Origin: Anaerolineae bacterium
Lineage (GTDB): Bacteria > Chloroflexota > Anaerolineae > B4-G1 > SLSP01
Assembly (NCBI GenBank): GCA_034676805.1
Contig: JAXDDO010000010.1
Coordinates: 18,480-82,479, forward strand
Length of the DNA stretch: 64,000 nucleotides
Direction: 5' to 3'
A program made the position numbers and the translations under genes. Below the pieces are notes generated by a model. That model was not told the DNA's origin and did not search any database. It saw only the letters and a program-made list of their open reading frames with translations. Within the stretch, counting starts at the first letter, position 1. The number at the start of each line of letters is the position of its first letter. Shown here one piece after another: positions 18,931 to 28,812 of the stretch.

Positions 18931-20373
18931 TCAGTTTGGAGCGCAGGGGAGGTATATCGCGAAGGCGCTACCCTGACCAGGCTGGCTCTCCAGTTCGATG
19001 GTCCCCTTCTGAGCCTGGACCAACGCACGGGCAATCGAGAGACCCAGGCCGAACCCCGGCGTCGACCGCGAGATGTCGCCGCGGTAGAAGCGATCGAACA
19101 CGCGCGCTTGAAGCTCCGCGCTCATACCGGGCCCGCTGTCCTGGACGCTGATGCGGATATACGGGTCGCCGTCCTGCACCGCGACGTAGACGGGGCCGTG
19201 CGCGTGGTTGATGGCATTGTCGAGGAGGATGAGCAGCACCTGTCGGAGCGCGTCGCTGTTGACCAGGCCGGTCACCGTGTCTGGCGTCTCGCAGTTGATC
19301 TCGCGGTCTGGGGCCAACAGGCGGGCCTGCCGGCACACGTCGGCGACAAGGCCCCTGACATCGACGGTGTCGAGTTCCAGTTCTCGCCCGGCATCGGCGC
19401 GGGCCAAGGTGAGCAGATCATTGACCAGTCGAGTCAGCCGCTCGCTCTCCTCGGTTAGGTCTCGCAGGATATCGGTTTGCTCGTCGGTCGGAACCGGTGG
19501 GTCGCGCTGCAGAAGCGCCAGGTTGCCACGGATCGTGGTGAGCGGGGTCCGCAGTTCGTGAGAGACATCGGCTACGAAGTCACGTTGCACCTGAAGCGCG
19601 TGCGTGATCTGCTCGTAGGCCGCCTGCAGGCGCGAGAGCATTGCATTGAAGGTTGTCGCCAGCCTGCCCAACTCGTCCTTGGGGCCTCTGTAGGCGACGC
19701 GGGACCCAAAGTCACGGGCGTCTCCGATGGCCTGGGCGGTCTGTGTGATGCGCTGGATGGGGCGCAACGTTGTTCCCGCGAGGATCCATCCGGCGCCAAA
19801 CGCGGCCAGGATGGTGAGGCCGCTGCCTGCCAAGAGCATAAGGCCCAATGATTGCAGGGACCGGTCACGATCTGCCAGTGGGCGGGCCAACTGGACGATG
19901 CCGATCACGTCGTCCTCCAGGATGACGGGCAGGTTGTAGACCAGCCACCGGGATTGCTCTCCTTGGGAGATCTCCATGCTTGCTGTGCCCTGCCGTAACT
20001 GGGCCATTCCTTCATCGCTGATAGGCAAGCTCTCGCTTTGCTCGTTCACCGGCAGTGCGAGCGGCATGCCGTCGCGGTCCAGGATGTGCACCGCATCGCG
20101 CAGAATCGTGCTTCGGATAAGTGGCTGCAGGACCTGTTGCGCTGCATCGAAATAGGCATCGTCGCGCGGTGCGTTTCGCGGCAACCTGACATACCAATCC
20201 CGGTGAAAGCGCACCCATGCCCCGACGAGCTTGGCGGCGTTCATCTCCAGATCGTTGCGCACAATCTCCAGCGTGTACTGGGCCTGGCTCACATAGAGCA
20301 CGCCGCTGAACAGGAACAGCGTCAGTGCCAGGATTGCGCTGTAGAGCAGGGTCATGCGCAGCCGGATCGACAC
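18931..20373 (-). CDS. Sensor histidine kinase (2 TM, HAMP, HisKA, HATPase_c)
   Basis: H-box FVADVSHELRTPLT, N-box LDNAINH, and G-boxes DSGPGM and GLGLSIA. The GTG start overlaps the TAG stop of the response-regulator gene by 1 nt (TAGTG). Confidence 0.9.
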   Translation of the reverse strand: MSIRLRMTLLYSAILALTLFLFSGVLYVSQAQYTLEIVRNDLEMNAAKLVGAWVRFHRDWYVRLPRNAPRDDAYFDAAQQVLQPLIRSTILRDAVHILDRDGMPLALPVNEQSESLPISDEGMAQLRQGTASMEISQGEQSRWLVYNLPVILEDDVIGIVQLARPLADRDRSLQSLGLMLLAGSGLTILAAFGAGWILAGTTLRPIQRITQTAQAIGDARDFGSRVAYRGPKDELGRLATTFNAMLSRLQAAYEQITHALQVQRDFVADVSHELRTPLTTIRGNLALLQRDPPVPTDEQTDILRDLTEESERLTRLVNDLLTLARADAGRELELDTVDVRGLVADVCRQARLLAPDREINCETPDTVTGLVNSDALRQVLLILLDNAINHAHGPVYVAVQDGDPYIRISVQDSGPGMSAELQARVFDRFYRGDISRSTPGFGLGLSIARALVQAQKGTIELESQPGQGSAFAIYLPCAPN

Positions 20374-21050
20374 TAGCTGTCCTCCCGCAATACGTAACCG
20401 ACGCCACGCACAGTCTGGATCAGGCGCGACTTGCCGCCGTTTTCTAGCTTCTTTCGCAGGTAGCCGACGTACACCTCGATGATGTTGTCATCCCCCGCAA
20501 AGCCAAAGCCCCAAACCCTGGAGAGAATCTGACCGCGCTCCAGCACCTGACGGGGATGCTGCATAAAGAACTGAAGGAGGCTGAACTCGGTGGGCGTCAG
20601 ATCGATCTTGCGGTCGCCACGCACGACTTGGCGCGTGGTCGGATCCAGCAATAGGTCTGCATAGGCCAGAGGCGCTTCGGGATCGGTGCCGGCGCGACGT
20701 AGGAGCGCCCGGACCCGGGCCACCAGCTCGATGGGTTCGAAAGGTTTGATCAGGTAGTCATCGGCGCCGCGCTCCAGGCCTTCGACGCGATACTGCACGG
20801 CGTCTCGCGCCGTCAGCATCAGGATGGGCGTGTCGTCGTGCTCGTCGCGCAATGCCTCCAGCACGCCAATCCCATCGAGCTTGGGCAGCATCCAGTCGAG
20901 GATGATGATGTCCGGCGGTGTACTGCCCATGCGGTTGAGCGCTTCCTGTCCATCCTCTGCCGTTATGACCTGGAATCCCTCGTAAGAGAGGGTTCGCTCC
21001 AGCATCTTCAACAGCCTGCGGTCATCGTCGACCACCAACACTCTCGCCAT
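20373..21050 (-). CDS. OmpR/PhoB-family response regulator
   Basis: Receiver domain (VLVVDDD, DIIILDWMLPKLDG, LMLTA) plus a winged-helix output domain (LTPTEFSLLQFFM...VRGVGY). Confidence 0.9.
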   Translation of the reverse strand: MARVLVVDDDRRLLKMLERTLSYEGFQVITAEDGQEALNRMGSTPPDIIILDWMLPKLDGIGVLEALRDEHDDTPILMLTARDAVQYRVEGLERGADDYLIKPFEPIELVARVRALLRRAGTDPEAPLAYADLLLDPTTRQVVRGDRKIDLTPTEFSLLQFFMQHPRQVLERGQILSRVWGFGFAGDDNIIEVYVGYLRKKLENGGKSRLIQTVRGVGYVLREDS

Positions 21051-21445
21051 AGCCTCTGTTCCTCTCCCGCCTCCGATGACTGCAGGATGGCCATTGCCGC
21101 ATGAGGCGGGAAACGTCGCATATACACGGCAGCCGAATTTCGCTGCTCCAAGAGCGGCGTGTTATGCTTTCCTGTTATTATACCGTGCTCCCTGAGAGGC
21201 CACTGGGAGTTTCCTGAGAATCGACTGAGGATATTCAGTGGGCACATTTCCGCGCGCATTGTGCCCCCCCATACAAGAGGCTTGGGTAGATTCCTAACGC
21301 TACGTCGGGCACCGTAGACACTCACGGGACTCTCAGGCTCTTCTTACCGTTTTCTCAGCCTGATCGATTATCGTATACCTGTCGCTCGGTCGGAACTGGG
21401 CGTCCTTTTGGATGGTAGACTCGTACAGTGGATAGGAGGTAAAAC

Positions 21446-22465
21446 ATGACTCGATCAAGGAAATGGGTCACGCTCTCGATTCTGGGGAGCCTGATGGTAG
21501 TGGGGACCATCGTGGCTGTGGCGGTGTTCGGCGCTACCGGCATGGTCAGCGCGGCTACGGCGACGGCCGAAGAACTACAGACCCGCGTGCAGGCCGCAAC
21601 CCCCCCGGGCTTGCTCAATGTCGGGTATCTCTCGAGCGGGCGCGGCTGGGATCCGGTGGGAAGCCTGGGAATTGGCGGTTCTATCGACTACGCCCAACTG
21701 CTGGCCGATGCGCTCGGCATCTCGGTCGACGAGCTGCAGTCGGCCTACGAGACGGCCCGCGAGGCTGCGATCGCTGAGGCGGTAGAGCAGGGGCTCATCA
21801 CGCAGGAACAAGCCGATGAGATGTTGGTCTGGGACGGTGTGGGGCGGCACGGATTCGGTCTTCTCGGCCGGCTGGGGCGTGGCCCGAAGGGCGTCTCGGG
21901 CGCTACCATCGATGAGGAGGCACTGCTTGCGGATGCCCTGGGGATCAGCGTAGCGGACCTCCAGGCCGCACGCGAAGCGGCCAACGAAGCCGCGGTCGCG
22001 CAGGCGGTCGAGGAAGGCATCCTCACTCAGGAGCAGGCCGATGAGATGCTGGCGCGCAGAGCGCTCAGGGACTACCTGGAGCGCGATGTCCTGCTGGCGA
22101 AGGCCCTGGGGATGTCCGTGGAAGAGCTGCGGGCCGCGTACGCCGATGGCCAGAGCCTCTCTGATCTTATGGCTGAGAGAGGGTTGGACGCCGCGGCTGT
22201 TCGGGAAGGGCTGCAACAGGCGTATGCAGACGCCCTCGCCCAAGCTGTGTCCGACGGCGTCATCACCCAAGAGCAGGCTGACGCGATGCAAGCTGCACCT
22301 GGGTGTGGTGGTATGCTGATGGGTCCTGGCCGGGGTGGCCTGCGGGGACGTGGGCGCGGTGGGTTCCGGGGCACCATCCCGGGCGGAGAGAACACGGACG
22401 ATACTTCGGACACGTGGTTCCGTTCTCCCGGTCGCAGTCGGTTCCGGTCCGGCAGCGACCTGTAG
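21446..22465 (+). CDS. Secreted/membrane-anchored tandem-repeat protein with RGG-rich tail
   Basis: AGGAGG RBS and an N-terminal TM/signal segment (WVTLSILGSLMVVGTIVAVAVF). Three repeats of LLA.ALG.SV.EL..A...A...A.AQAV..G.ITQEQAD.M are followed by the tail GRGGLRGRGRGGFRG. Confidence 0.7.
   Translation: MTRSRKWVTLSILGSLMVVGTIVAVAVFGATGMVSAATATAEELQTRVQAATPPGLLNVGYLSSGRGWDPVGSLGIGGSIDYAQLLADALGISVDELQSAYETAREAAIAEAVEQGLITQEQADEMLVWDGVGRHGFGLLGRLGRGPKGVSGATIDEEALLADALGISVADLQAAREAANEAAVAQAVEEGILTQEQADEMLARRALRDYLERDVLLAKALGMSVEELRAAYADGQSLSDLMAERGLDAAAVREGLQQAYADALAQAVSDGVITQEQADAMQAAPGCGGMLMGPGRGGLRGRGRGGFRGTIPGGENTDDTSDTWFRSPGRSRFRSGSDL
21692..22291 (+). repeat. Three intragenic about 46-70-aa repeat modules (coding)
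   Basis: Modules at about aa 83-128, 158-203 and 213-282 of the 339-aa protein share LADALGISV.ELQ and G(L/I/V)(I/L)TQEQAD(E/A)M. The third carries an insertion. Confidence 0.7.
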
Positions 22466-22525
22466 CCAAAGGCGATGAGGGTCGGCGACCCGCAATCACG
22501 GGCGCCGACAGGCCTCCCGCTGCAA

Positions 22526-22559
22526 GTTGGTCCCGGCGACCGCCATCGCCGGGACCAAC
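22526..22559 (+). terminator. 14-bp-stem hairpin after the repeat-protein gene
   Basis: GTTGGTCCCGGCGA (22526-22539) pairs with TCGCCGGGACCAAC (22546-22559). There is no U-tract. Confidence 0.5.
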
Positions 22560-22746
22560 GCTGCTATAGGTGAGGGGCGATCGACACATTCTCAGCGATC
22601 ATTAAGCGGGTCTTCAGGGTCTTCTAAGCAGCGGTGGGTATAATAGGATAGAGTATTTGAAAACGGCGGTCTCAGAAGTGGCTGGGGGGTTGGCGATCGG
22701 CGCCGGGCTCTTCGTCCACTTGGGACTTCATTGGAGGGAAAATGCA

Positions 22747-23952
22747 ATGAAGGGCAAACACGTCTATCGTTGGCTAATATCGCTGGTGGTACTGCTCTTT
22801 CTGTCGACCACGGCCTGTGTTTCGATTGGCTCGCTGGCGGGGCAGACGCAAGAGGATACCGGATCGGAGAACCTCGTGCCGGTCGCTGCGACGATCGAGG
22901 ATGAGGTGGCGGTCGAGACAACGGCGCCGACTGTGACAATCAGTCCGCAACTGCCGGGCCCGGACACTGACGCCGAGGGGCTGCAAGAGGCACTGATGCG
23001 GCTCTATCGCACCGTCAACCCATCCGTCGTCTACATCCGGGTCACCTCAACAGGCGGCGGGTTGCCGTTCTCCGGTAGCAGTGGCAGCGGCTTCGTCTAC
23101 AGCAGTGACGGCACGATCGTCACGAATGACCACGTCGTCGAAGCGGGCAGCAGTTACGAGATCGTTTTCGCAGGCGGCGAGCGCCGGCGCGCCGAACTCA
23201 TCGGTGCCGACCCCGATGCCGACCTGGCCGTGCTGAAGGTCGACAGCCTGCCTGACGGGGTGACACCGTTGCCCTTGGCGGATATGGAGAGCGTCGCTGT
23301 CGGGCAGTTCGTCATAGCGATTGGTAGTCCCTTTGGAGAGCAAGGGTCGATGTCGCTGGGCATCATCAGTGGGCTGGGACGCAGCCTTCCCTCGCAGCGG
23401 GCAACCGCAACCGGCACGACGTACTCCCTGCCGCAGGTGATCCAAACCGATGCGCCGATTAACCCGGGGAACTCTGGAGGGCCGCTGCTCAACCTGGCGG
23501 GCGAGGTGATTGGGGTCAATGCAGCCATTGCCAGTGCGTCCGGCACCAACTCCGGCGTGGGGTTCGCCATCCCCGTTGATGTGGTCAAACGCGTGGTTCC
23601 AAGCCTCATCGAGGACGGCGAGGTCGCCTATCCGTACATTGGCGTCACCTTCGACGGTGAGATAACCCTGGACGACCAGGAAACCTATGGACTCTCACAA
23701 ATTCACGGGGCGTACGTGCTCCTGGTCTCACCAGGTAGCCCGGCGGCTGACGCCGGGCTGGTGGCGGCCAACGCCGAGACGGGCAGGGGAGGTGATCTTG
23801 TGATTGCCATCGACGACCGGCCCATCCGCGACTTTTCGGATCTCAACACCTATCTGGTGCTGGAGGCCGAGGTGGGGCAGACGGTTCAGCTCACGGTGGT
23901 GCGAGGCGGCGAAACGGTCACGGTGCCGCTTACACTGGGGGCGCGCCCGTGA
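22747..23952 (+). CDS. htrA: HtrA/DegP-family trypsin-like serine protease with PDZ domain
   Basis: Catalytic triad context (TNDHVV, DLAVLKV, GNSGGPL) and a C-terminal PDZ domain. Has an N-terminal TM/signal segment. GGAGGG RBS precedes ATG 22747, so the track start was trimmed. Confidence 0.9.
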   Translation: MKGKHVYRWLISLVVLLFLSTTACVSIGSLAGQTQEDTGSENLVPVAATIEDEVAVETTAPTVTISPQLPGPDTDAEGLQEALMRLYRTVNPSVVYIRVTSTGGGLPFSGSSGSGFVYSSDGTIVTNDHVVEAGSSYEIVFAGGERRRAELIGADPDADLAVLKVDSLPDGVTPLPLADMESVAVGQFVIAIGSPFGEQGSMSLGIISGLGRSLPSQRATATGTTYSLPQVIQTDAPINPGNSGGPLLNLAGEVIGVNAAIASASGTNSGVGFAIPVDVVKRVVPSLIEDGEVAYPYIGVTFDGEITLDDQETYGLSQIHGAYVLLVSPGSPAADAGLVAANAETGRGGDLVIAIDDRPIRDFSDLNTYLVLEAEVGQTVQLTVVRGGETVTVPLTLGARP

Positions 23953-23998
23953 TATGACGTGCGTGCTTTCGGAAAGGCCCCAGGGCCTCCCTTCAACA

Positions 23999-24028
23999 GA
24001 CCGGCAGGAGCCTGGGCTCCTGCCGGTC
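23999..24028 (+). terminator. Hairpin after htrA
   Basis: GACCGGCAGGAG pairs with CTCCTGCCGGTC, followed by GTTCGTGG. Confidence 0.5.
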
Positions 24029-24100
24029 GTTCGTGGAAGACTCTGTGAGGCTGGCGGTGCGGCGCCCCAATGAAGCTGTCCGACGCAGCTGCTTCTACGA

Positions 24101-24484
24101 CTAGTGATGGTGTTCTGCCGCGTCCGCCTCGGCCTTGGTCTTGTGTATGGTGCCGTCGGGATGCTCGGGCGGTGTATAGACCGTGTAAAGCTTCATCGCC
24201 TCCGTGTCAGAGTTGTTGATGACGTTGTGCCAGGTGCCCGCCGGCACGACGACGGCGTCGCCGTCATGGACGATGTGCTCTTCAGCGTTGTTCAGGACGA
24301 ACTTGGCCTCGCCTTGCTCGATCCGGAAGAACTGGTCCACGTCTGAATGCATCTCGTTGCCGATTTCCTCGCCTGGCTGCAGGCACATCACTACCAACTG
24401 GCTGAAGGGGCCCGTGAACAACACCTTGCGGAAGTAATCGTTCTCGAGGGTTTCCTTTTCGATCGGCCCAACATATCCTGTCAT
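24101..24484 (-). CDS. Cupin domain protein
   Basis: Cupin motifs (G.E.GNEMH...DQFF.I..G, GDAVVVPAGTWHN). AGGAGG RBS precedes ATG 24484. Confidence 0.8.
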   Translation of the reverse strand: MTGYVGPIEKETLENDYFRKVLFTGPFSQLVVMCLQPGEEIGNEMHSDVDQFFRIEQGEAKFVLNNAEEHIVHDGDAVVVPAGTWHNVINNSDTEAMKLYTVYTPPEHPDGTIHKTKAEADAAEHHH

Positions 24485-24601
24485 GGTCAAACCTCCTTGA
24501 TCGTGGCATTCTCTTGACGTCTGCAAATCAGCGTAGACGAGAAGCCGTCAAAGTCAATTCCTGGGGAGGGTGTTCTATCCCAATGAAGAGCGGCTTGGTG
24601 C

Positions 24602-25831
24602 CTAGACCTCGACCGTGGTCGTCATGTCGTACCGCTGGCCCGTACGAGACGACTCCAGTGCTCCAGCCATCATCTCGGTGATGTGGAGCCCCCAGTCGAC
24701 GTTGACAATGGGTTTGCGATCCTCAAGGATGCAGTCGATGAGGTGCTGGGTCGACTGGTGATAGTAGTTGAAGGCGCCGGGCACGGGCTGAGGCCATTTG
24801 GCCTTGGTAGGGTCACCGCGCGCGGGGATGTGGAACCATCCATCGGCATCCACACGGGGCAGCAGGTGGGTGTGTCTGGAAATGATCGACGCCGTGTAGC
24901 CCGCGCCAAACAACAGATTGCCATCGGTGCCGAAGATCTGCAACGCGCCGCCGCCGGTACCCGGTAGAACCGGGTGGTAGATCCTTCCGACGTGGCACGT
25001 ACCAACGCTGCCGTCGACCATCTCGTAGAGCGAGTAGGCCTGGTCCACAGCCTCCATTTGCACATGCTGGGTACGGGGCAGGTCGACCACGACATCCCAG
25101 TAATTGGCAGCATCGGGATCCGTGACGCCCTGGAGGAACTCGTCGTATTGCTCCTCGGGCACGATGAAGGCATCCTTGACAGCGATGGTGGCCTTGGCAT
25201 AGACGCTCTTGCAGGGGCCCAGGACGGTCACGATCTGCGTTGGGGCATAGGGAAGATCAAAGAGGAAGCCGCCGCTGTTCTTGGTGTAGAAGGCGTCCTG
25301 ACCGTAGGGATTGCTGCCCAAGGCCGGCCCGTAGGTTGTGGGGCCGGTCCAGCCGAGCGAGAACCACAGAGTGTCGCCCAGGACGCCCCGCTTGACCAGG
25401 TCGCGGAGCAGAGCGTAGTCGGGGTCGAGCAGGGTGCTGGAGCTGGGTTCGACGATGGCCTTCACGCCTGCCCAGCGAATGGCTGCGGCGATGGCACGCG
25501 CGTCACCCATATTAGTGGCCAGAGGCTTCTGGATGAGGACGTGTTTGCCGGCCTCGACGGCCTTCATTGTGAAGGGGACGTGCGTACCCGGCGCGGTCAG
25601 AATGAAGACCGCGTCGATGTCGGCCCGATCGATCATCTCGTCATAGTCGAGGTACTGCTCGCGGGCGCCGAAGAGCCGGCTGCACGCTGCGGTCCGCGTC
25701 TCAAAGCGGTCGCAGACGGCGACCAGGTCGACGGTGTCCATCCGCATCAGGTAGGGCAGGTAGTAGGCCGTGGCCACCACGCCGCATCCCACGACGCCGA
25801 CTCTGACCTTACGTTCAGATAAGCTGGGCAT
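24602..25831 (-). CDS. Gfo/Idh/MocA family oxidoreductase
   Basis: VRVGVVGCGVVA Rossmann motif. GGAGGA RBS precedes ATG 25831, so the track start 25855 was trimmed. Confidence 0.85.
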   Translation of the reverse strand: MPSLSERKVRVGVVGCGVVATAYYLPYLMRMDTVDLVAVCDRFETRTAACSRLFGAREQYLDYDEMIDRADIDAVFILTAPGTHVPFTMKAVEAGKHVLIQKPLATNMGDARAIAAAIRWAGVKAIVEPSSSTLLDPDYALLRDLVKRGVLGDTLWFSLGWTGPTTYGPALGSNPYGQDAFYTKNSGGFLFDLPYAPTQIVTVLGPCKSVYAKATIAVKDAFIVPEEQYDEFLQGVTDPDAANYWDVVVDLPRTQHVQMEAVDQAYSLYEMVDGSVGTCHVGRIYHPVLPGTGGGALQIFGTDGNLLFGAGYTASIISRHTHLLPRVDADGWFHIPARGDPTKAKWPQPVPGAFNYYHQSTQHLIDCILEDRKPIVNVDWGLHITEMMAGALESSRTGQRYDMTTTVEV

Positions 25832-26005
25832 GGCGCTCTCTCCTCCGGGTTGCATCTCTCACTTCAGCCTTCGGGCCAGGATGGAAGCCGCGTTTGCACT
25901 TGACCGCCTGGCGCGCCTCATCTATGGGCTAGGCTACAGCGCATCGGGGTCGATGTCAACCACGGCAACCATGGACAGAGCCACGCTGTCTGAAGTCGCG
26001 GGCCC

Positions 26006-26905
26006 TTACAGGAACCGCATCCAGCAGTTGCTGCTGTAGAGGGTCGTGAAGCCGATGGCCTTGTAGAACTCCTGATCGGATCCCACGTAGGCGACGGTGG
26101 CCCCCTCCGCACCGCAGCGACGGATGCCTTCCCACACCGCCGCCTTGCCGAGTCCCATGCGGCGGTAATCGGGATCCGTGGCGACCGGCTCCACATAGGC
26201 GATGTGGTTGGTCCTGTCGTGCCACATACCGCAGAACGAGGCGAAGTTGCCGTCCGGCGCTTCCACCACGATGGTAAGGTCGTGCCGGAAGTTGGGGCCC
26301 GACTGCATCTTGCGTCGTTCCGCGATCCCGTCCTCGGGTGGCTCGCCGTCGTGGTCGAAGCCTCGCCAGAGGACGCGGTGGATCTTGCGCAGGTCGTTGT
26401 CATCCGCCAGGCTCTTCAGCCGATATCCCTCGGGGAGGGGGATCGGCGGAAACGGGTTAGGGATGATGAACCGCGAGGTTGGCCGCGACCAACCGGGCTT
26501 TTGCGCATAGCCCCTGGCCCGCACGTGGGCTTCGAACTCCGTGTCGAAATCGTTGACGTACACCTGGAGGTAGGCTTGCCCCTCGGCTGTTGTGCCACAG
26601 AGCTCGGCTTCGGCATAGATCAGCATCTCGGGCTTCAAGTACGCGTAGTCGGGATGAACCTCGAAGAAGGCTTCGCCCAGGCTGCTCTCGTAGTGCGCGA
26701 CGGCGACGATACGCCCGCCATCCTCCCAAATGCGGATCTTGCCGAGGCTGGACTCATCCAACGACGGGTGGCTGTGCATATACTCCCAAGTCGGCTGGAA
26801 CCAGTTCCCGTCGCGGTTGTCGGGCTGGTAGTGAGCGATCAGGAACGCGCCCGCGGCGTGAAAATCTGCAGAACGCTGGTATTGCCGGTGTTTGACAGTC
26901 ATCAT
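26006..26905 (-). CDS. GNAT family N-acetyltransferase
   Basis: Acetyl-CoA motif YVEPVATDPDYRRMGLGKAAVWEGIRR. The track's TTG start at 26914 is actually part of the GGAGG RBS for ATG 26905. Confidence 0.8.
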   Translation of the reverse strand: MMTVKHRQYQRSADFHAAGAFLIAHYQPDNRDGNWFQPTWEYMHSHPSLDESSLGKIRIWEDGGRIVAVAHYESSLGEAFFEVHPDYAYLKPEMLIYAEAELCGTTAEGQAYLQVYVNDFDTEFEAHVRARGYAQKPGWSRPTSRFIIPNPFPPIPLPEGYRLKSLADDNDLRKIHRVLWRGFDHDGEPPEDGIAERRKMQSGPNFRHDLTIVVEAPDGNFASFCGMWHDRTNHIAYVEPVATDPDYRRMGLGKAAVWEGIRRCGAEGATVAYVGSDQEFYKAIGFTTLYSSNCWMRFL

Positions 26906-26935
26906 GACCTCCAATGGATTCGTGTGTGAAATGGC

Positions 26936-28795
26936 TTACCCCCAGATCTGGCGCATCTCCTCGCAGCCTGCCAGTAGGTCATCGAGTGCCCCTTGCGCTT
27001 CGACATGACCGTCTCTCAGCACGATGATGTGGTCGGCGCGGCGCAGTGCGGGGCGCCGGTGCGAGACGACCAGGCACGTCGTCCCCAGCGCTTTCCCACT
27101 CCGCCCGAAGATGTTCTCCCATAGCGCCTGTTCGGTCTCGACATCAAGCGCACTGGAGAGGTCATCGAAGACCAGGAGTTCGGGCTCGCGCACGAACATG
27201 CGCGCCGCTGCTGTGCGCTGGCGTTGGCCTCCCGAGAGCTTGACGCCTCTGGGGCCGATGATGGTGTCGAGCCCGTCAGGCATGCGGGTCAGGTCGAACT
27301 CCAACGCAGCGAGGCGGATTGCGCCCCGAAGATCGACGCGATCTTCGGGCAGGCCCATCAGGATGTTGTCGCGGAGCGACTCGCTGAAGAGTTGGGGGAC
27401 TTGGGCGGTGTAGGCGCTGCGCGGCGGCACGAAGAAGGACGCCGGATCCGCTACTGATAGGCCGTTCCACAAGACGGCGCCGCACTCGACGGGCAACAGA
27501 CCCAGCAACGCGCGCAGCAGCGTCGTCTTGCCAGATCCGACCCGCCCCGTGACGACAACGAAGTCGCCGCGGCGCAGGGAGAAACTGACCCCCTCGATGC
27601 CGCGCAAGCCATTTGCGCCTGTGCTTCCGTACCGGTACGTCAGATCGCGGACTTCCAGGCTCTTCAGCGTGTCTTCCGGAGCGTGTTCCGGTAAGGCTAT
27701 CACCGGCAGTGCACCCCGTAGATAGATGGGCTTGTGCGCCAGGAGCGTGGTGCTGGCTGCCGGTGCGGGCATGGCGGGCGGATCGCCCTGGATCAGCTCG
27801 ATGACCCGCCGGAAAGCGACACCGGACTGTTTGAAGCGCGTCGTGAAGCCGCCGGCTTCCACGATCAGCATCGTAAAGCTGTCGAGGCAGGTGAGAAAGA
27901 GCGCGAAGTCGCCGATGGTGAAGGCGTCGTTCCGGATCGCACTGGCGACGAGCAGGAGGATGACCCCGTGGCTCAGTGCGCCCGCCTCGTCGCACATCGC
28001 ATAGAGCATCTGGTTAAGCGTGCGGTCACGGACCATCGCGCGCTGCCGGTGCCGGCCTAGCGCGTAGACGTGGTTGGCGGCATGGGGCTCGGCGCCGGCA
28101 ACCTTGAGCGCCTGTACCGCGCTCAGGATCTCGTTGAGCGCGCCACTGACGCGGGAGGTGGCTTCGCGGCTGATCTGCCGGTAGCGTTCAGCGTGCGTTG
28201 AGGCAACCCGAGAGATCAGGATCACAGCCACGAGCGGCAGCAACGAGAAGAGCGCGATGCGAGCCTCGATGGTCAGCATGATGCCCAGGGCGACGGCGGT
28301 ATAACTGAACACCGCAACTTGGTCGACCAGCCACCCAATCAGGCCCTCGACCTCGCCGACGTCATCGCGAACGGTGTTGAGCGCTTCTCCCGGCGACCCG
28401 GGCACCGACCGCGCGCCGGGCTGGTTCAGGATGTGTGCCAGGAGGTTGCGGCGCAGCAGCCCAGCGATCGTAAAGCGGTGACGCGCGCTCACCACTGCAC
28501 CGGTGCCGATCGTCACGATGTGGAAGCCGCGCGAGAGCAAGACCACGATAAGGATTCCCAGGATGCCAAAGCGGAAAGGCCGGTCTCCACTCAGTGTGTC
28601 GAAGAAGGCCTTGAGGATCAGGCGCGGGGCCAGCTCCATGATGTGGATAATCAGCCAGATACCGGCGTAGCCCAGTGAAAGCCACGGCCGGTAGGATAGC
28701 AGGCGCCAGACCATCCATAGGATGCTGGTCCGGCCTTGGGCGTCTTCTGCTCGCTGCACTGCGGTAAGTGCTGGTTCTTGCGTTGTGGCAGTCAT
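26936..28795 (-). CDS. ABC exporter, fused permease/ATPase (second half of a heterodimer)
   Basis: Six-TM exporter domain, Walker [10 protein letters not shown], signature LSGGQRQR and Walker B LLVFDD. AAGGGGGA RBS is present. The gene starts 17 nt after the upstream ABC gene. Confidence 0.9.
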   Translation of the reverse strand: MTATTQEPALTAVQRAEDAQGRTSILWMVWRLLSYRPWLSLGYAGIWLIIHIMELAPRLILKAFFDTLSGDRPFRFGILGILIVVLLSRGFHIVTIGTGAVVSARHRFTIAGLLRRNLLAHILNQPGARSVPGSPGEALNTVRDDVGEVEGLIGWLVDQVAVFSYTAVALGIMLTIEARIALFSLLPLVAVILISRVASTHAERYRQISREATSRVSGALNEILSAVQALKVAGAEPHAANHVYALGRHRQRAMVRDRTLNQMLYAMCDEAGALSHGVILLLVASAIRNDAFTIGDFALFLTCLDSFTMLIVEAGGFTTRFKQSGVAFRRVIELIQGDPPAMPAPAASTTLLAHKPIYLRGALPVIALPEHAPEDTLKSLEVRDLTYRYGSTGANGLRGIEGVSFSLRRGDFVVVTGRVGSGKTTLLRALLGLLPVECGAVLWNGLSVADPASFFVPPRSAYTAQVPQLFSESLRDNILMGLPEDRVDLRGAIRLAALEFDLTRMPDGLDTIIGPRGVKLSGGQRQRTAAARMFVREPELLVFDDLSSALDVETEQALWENIFGRSGKALGTTCLVVSHRRPALRRADHIIVLRDGHVEAQGALDDLLAGCEEMRQIWG

Positions 28796-28812
28796 TGTGT
28801 GTCCCCCTTACG

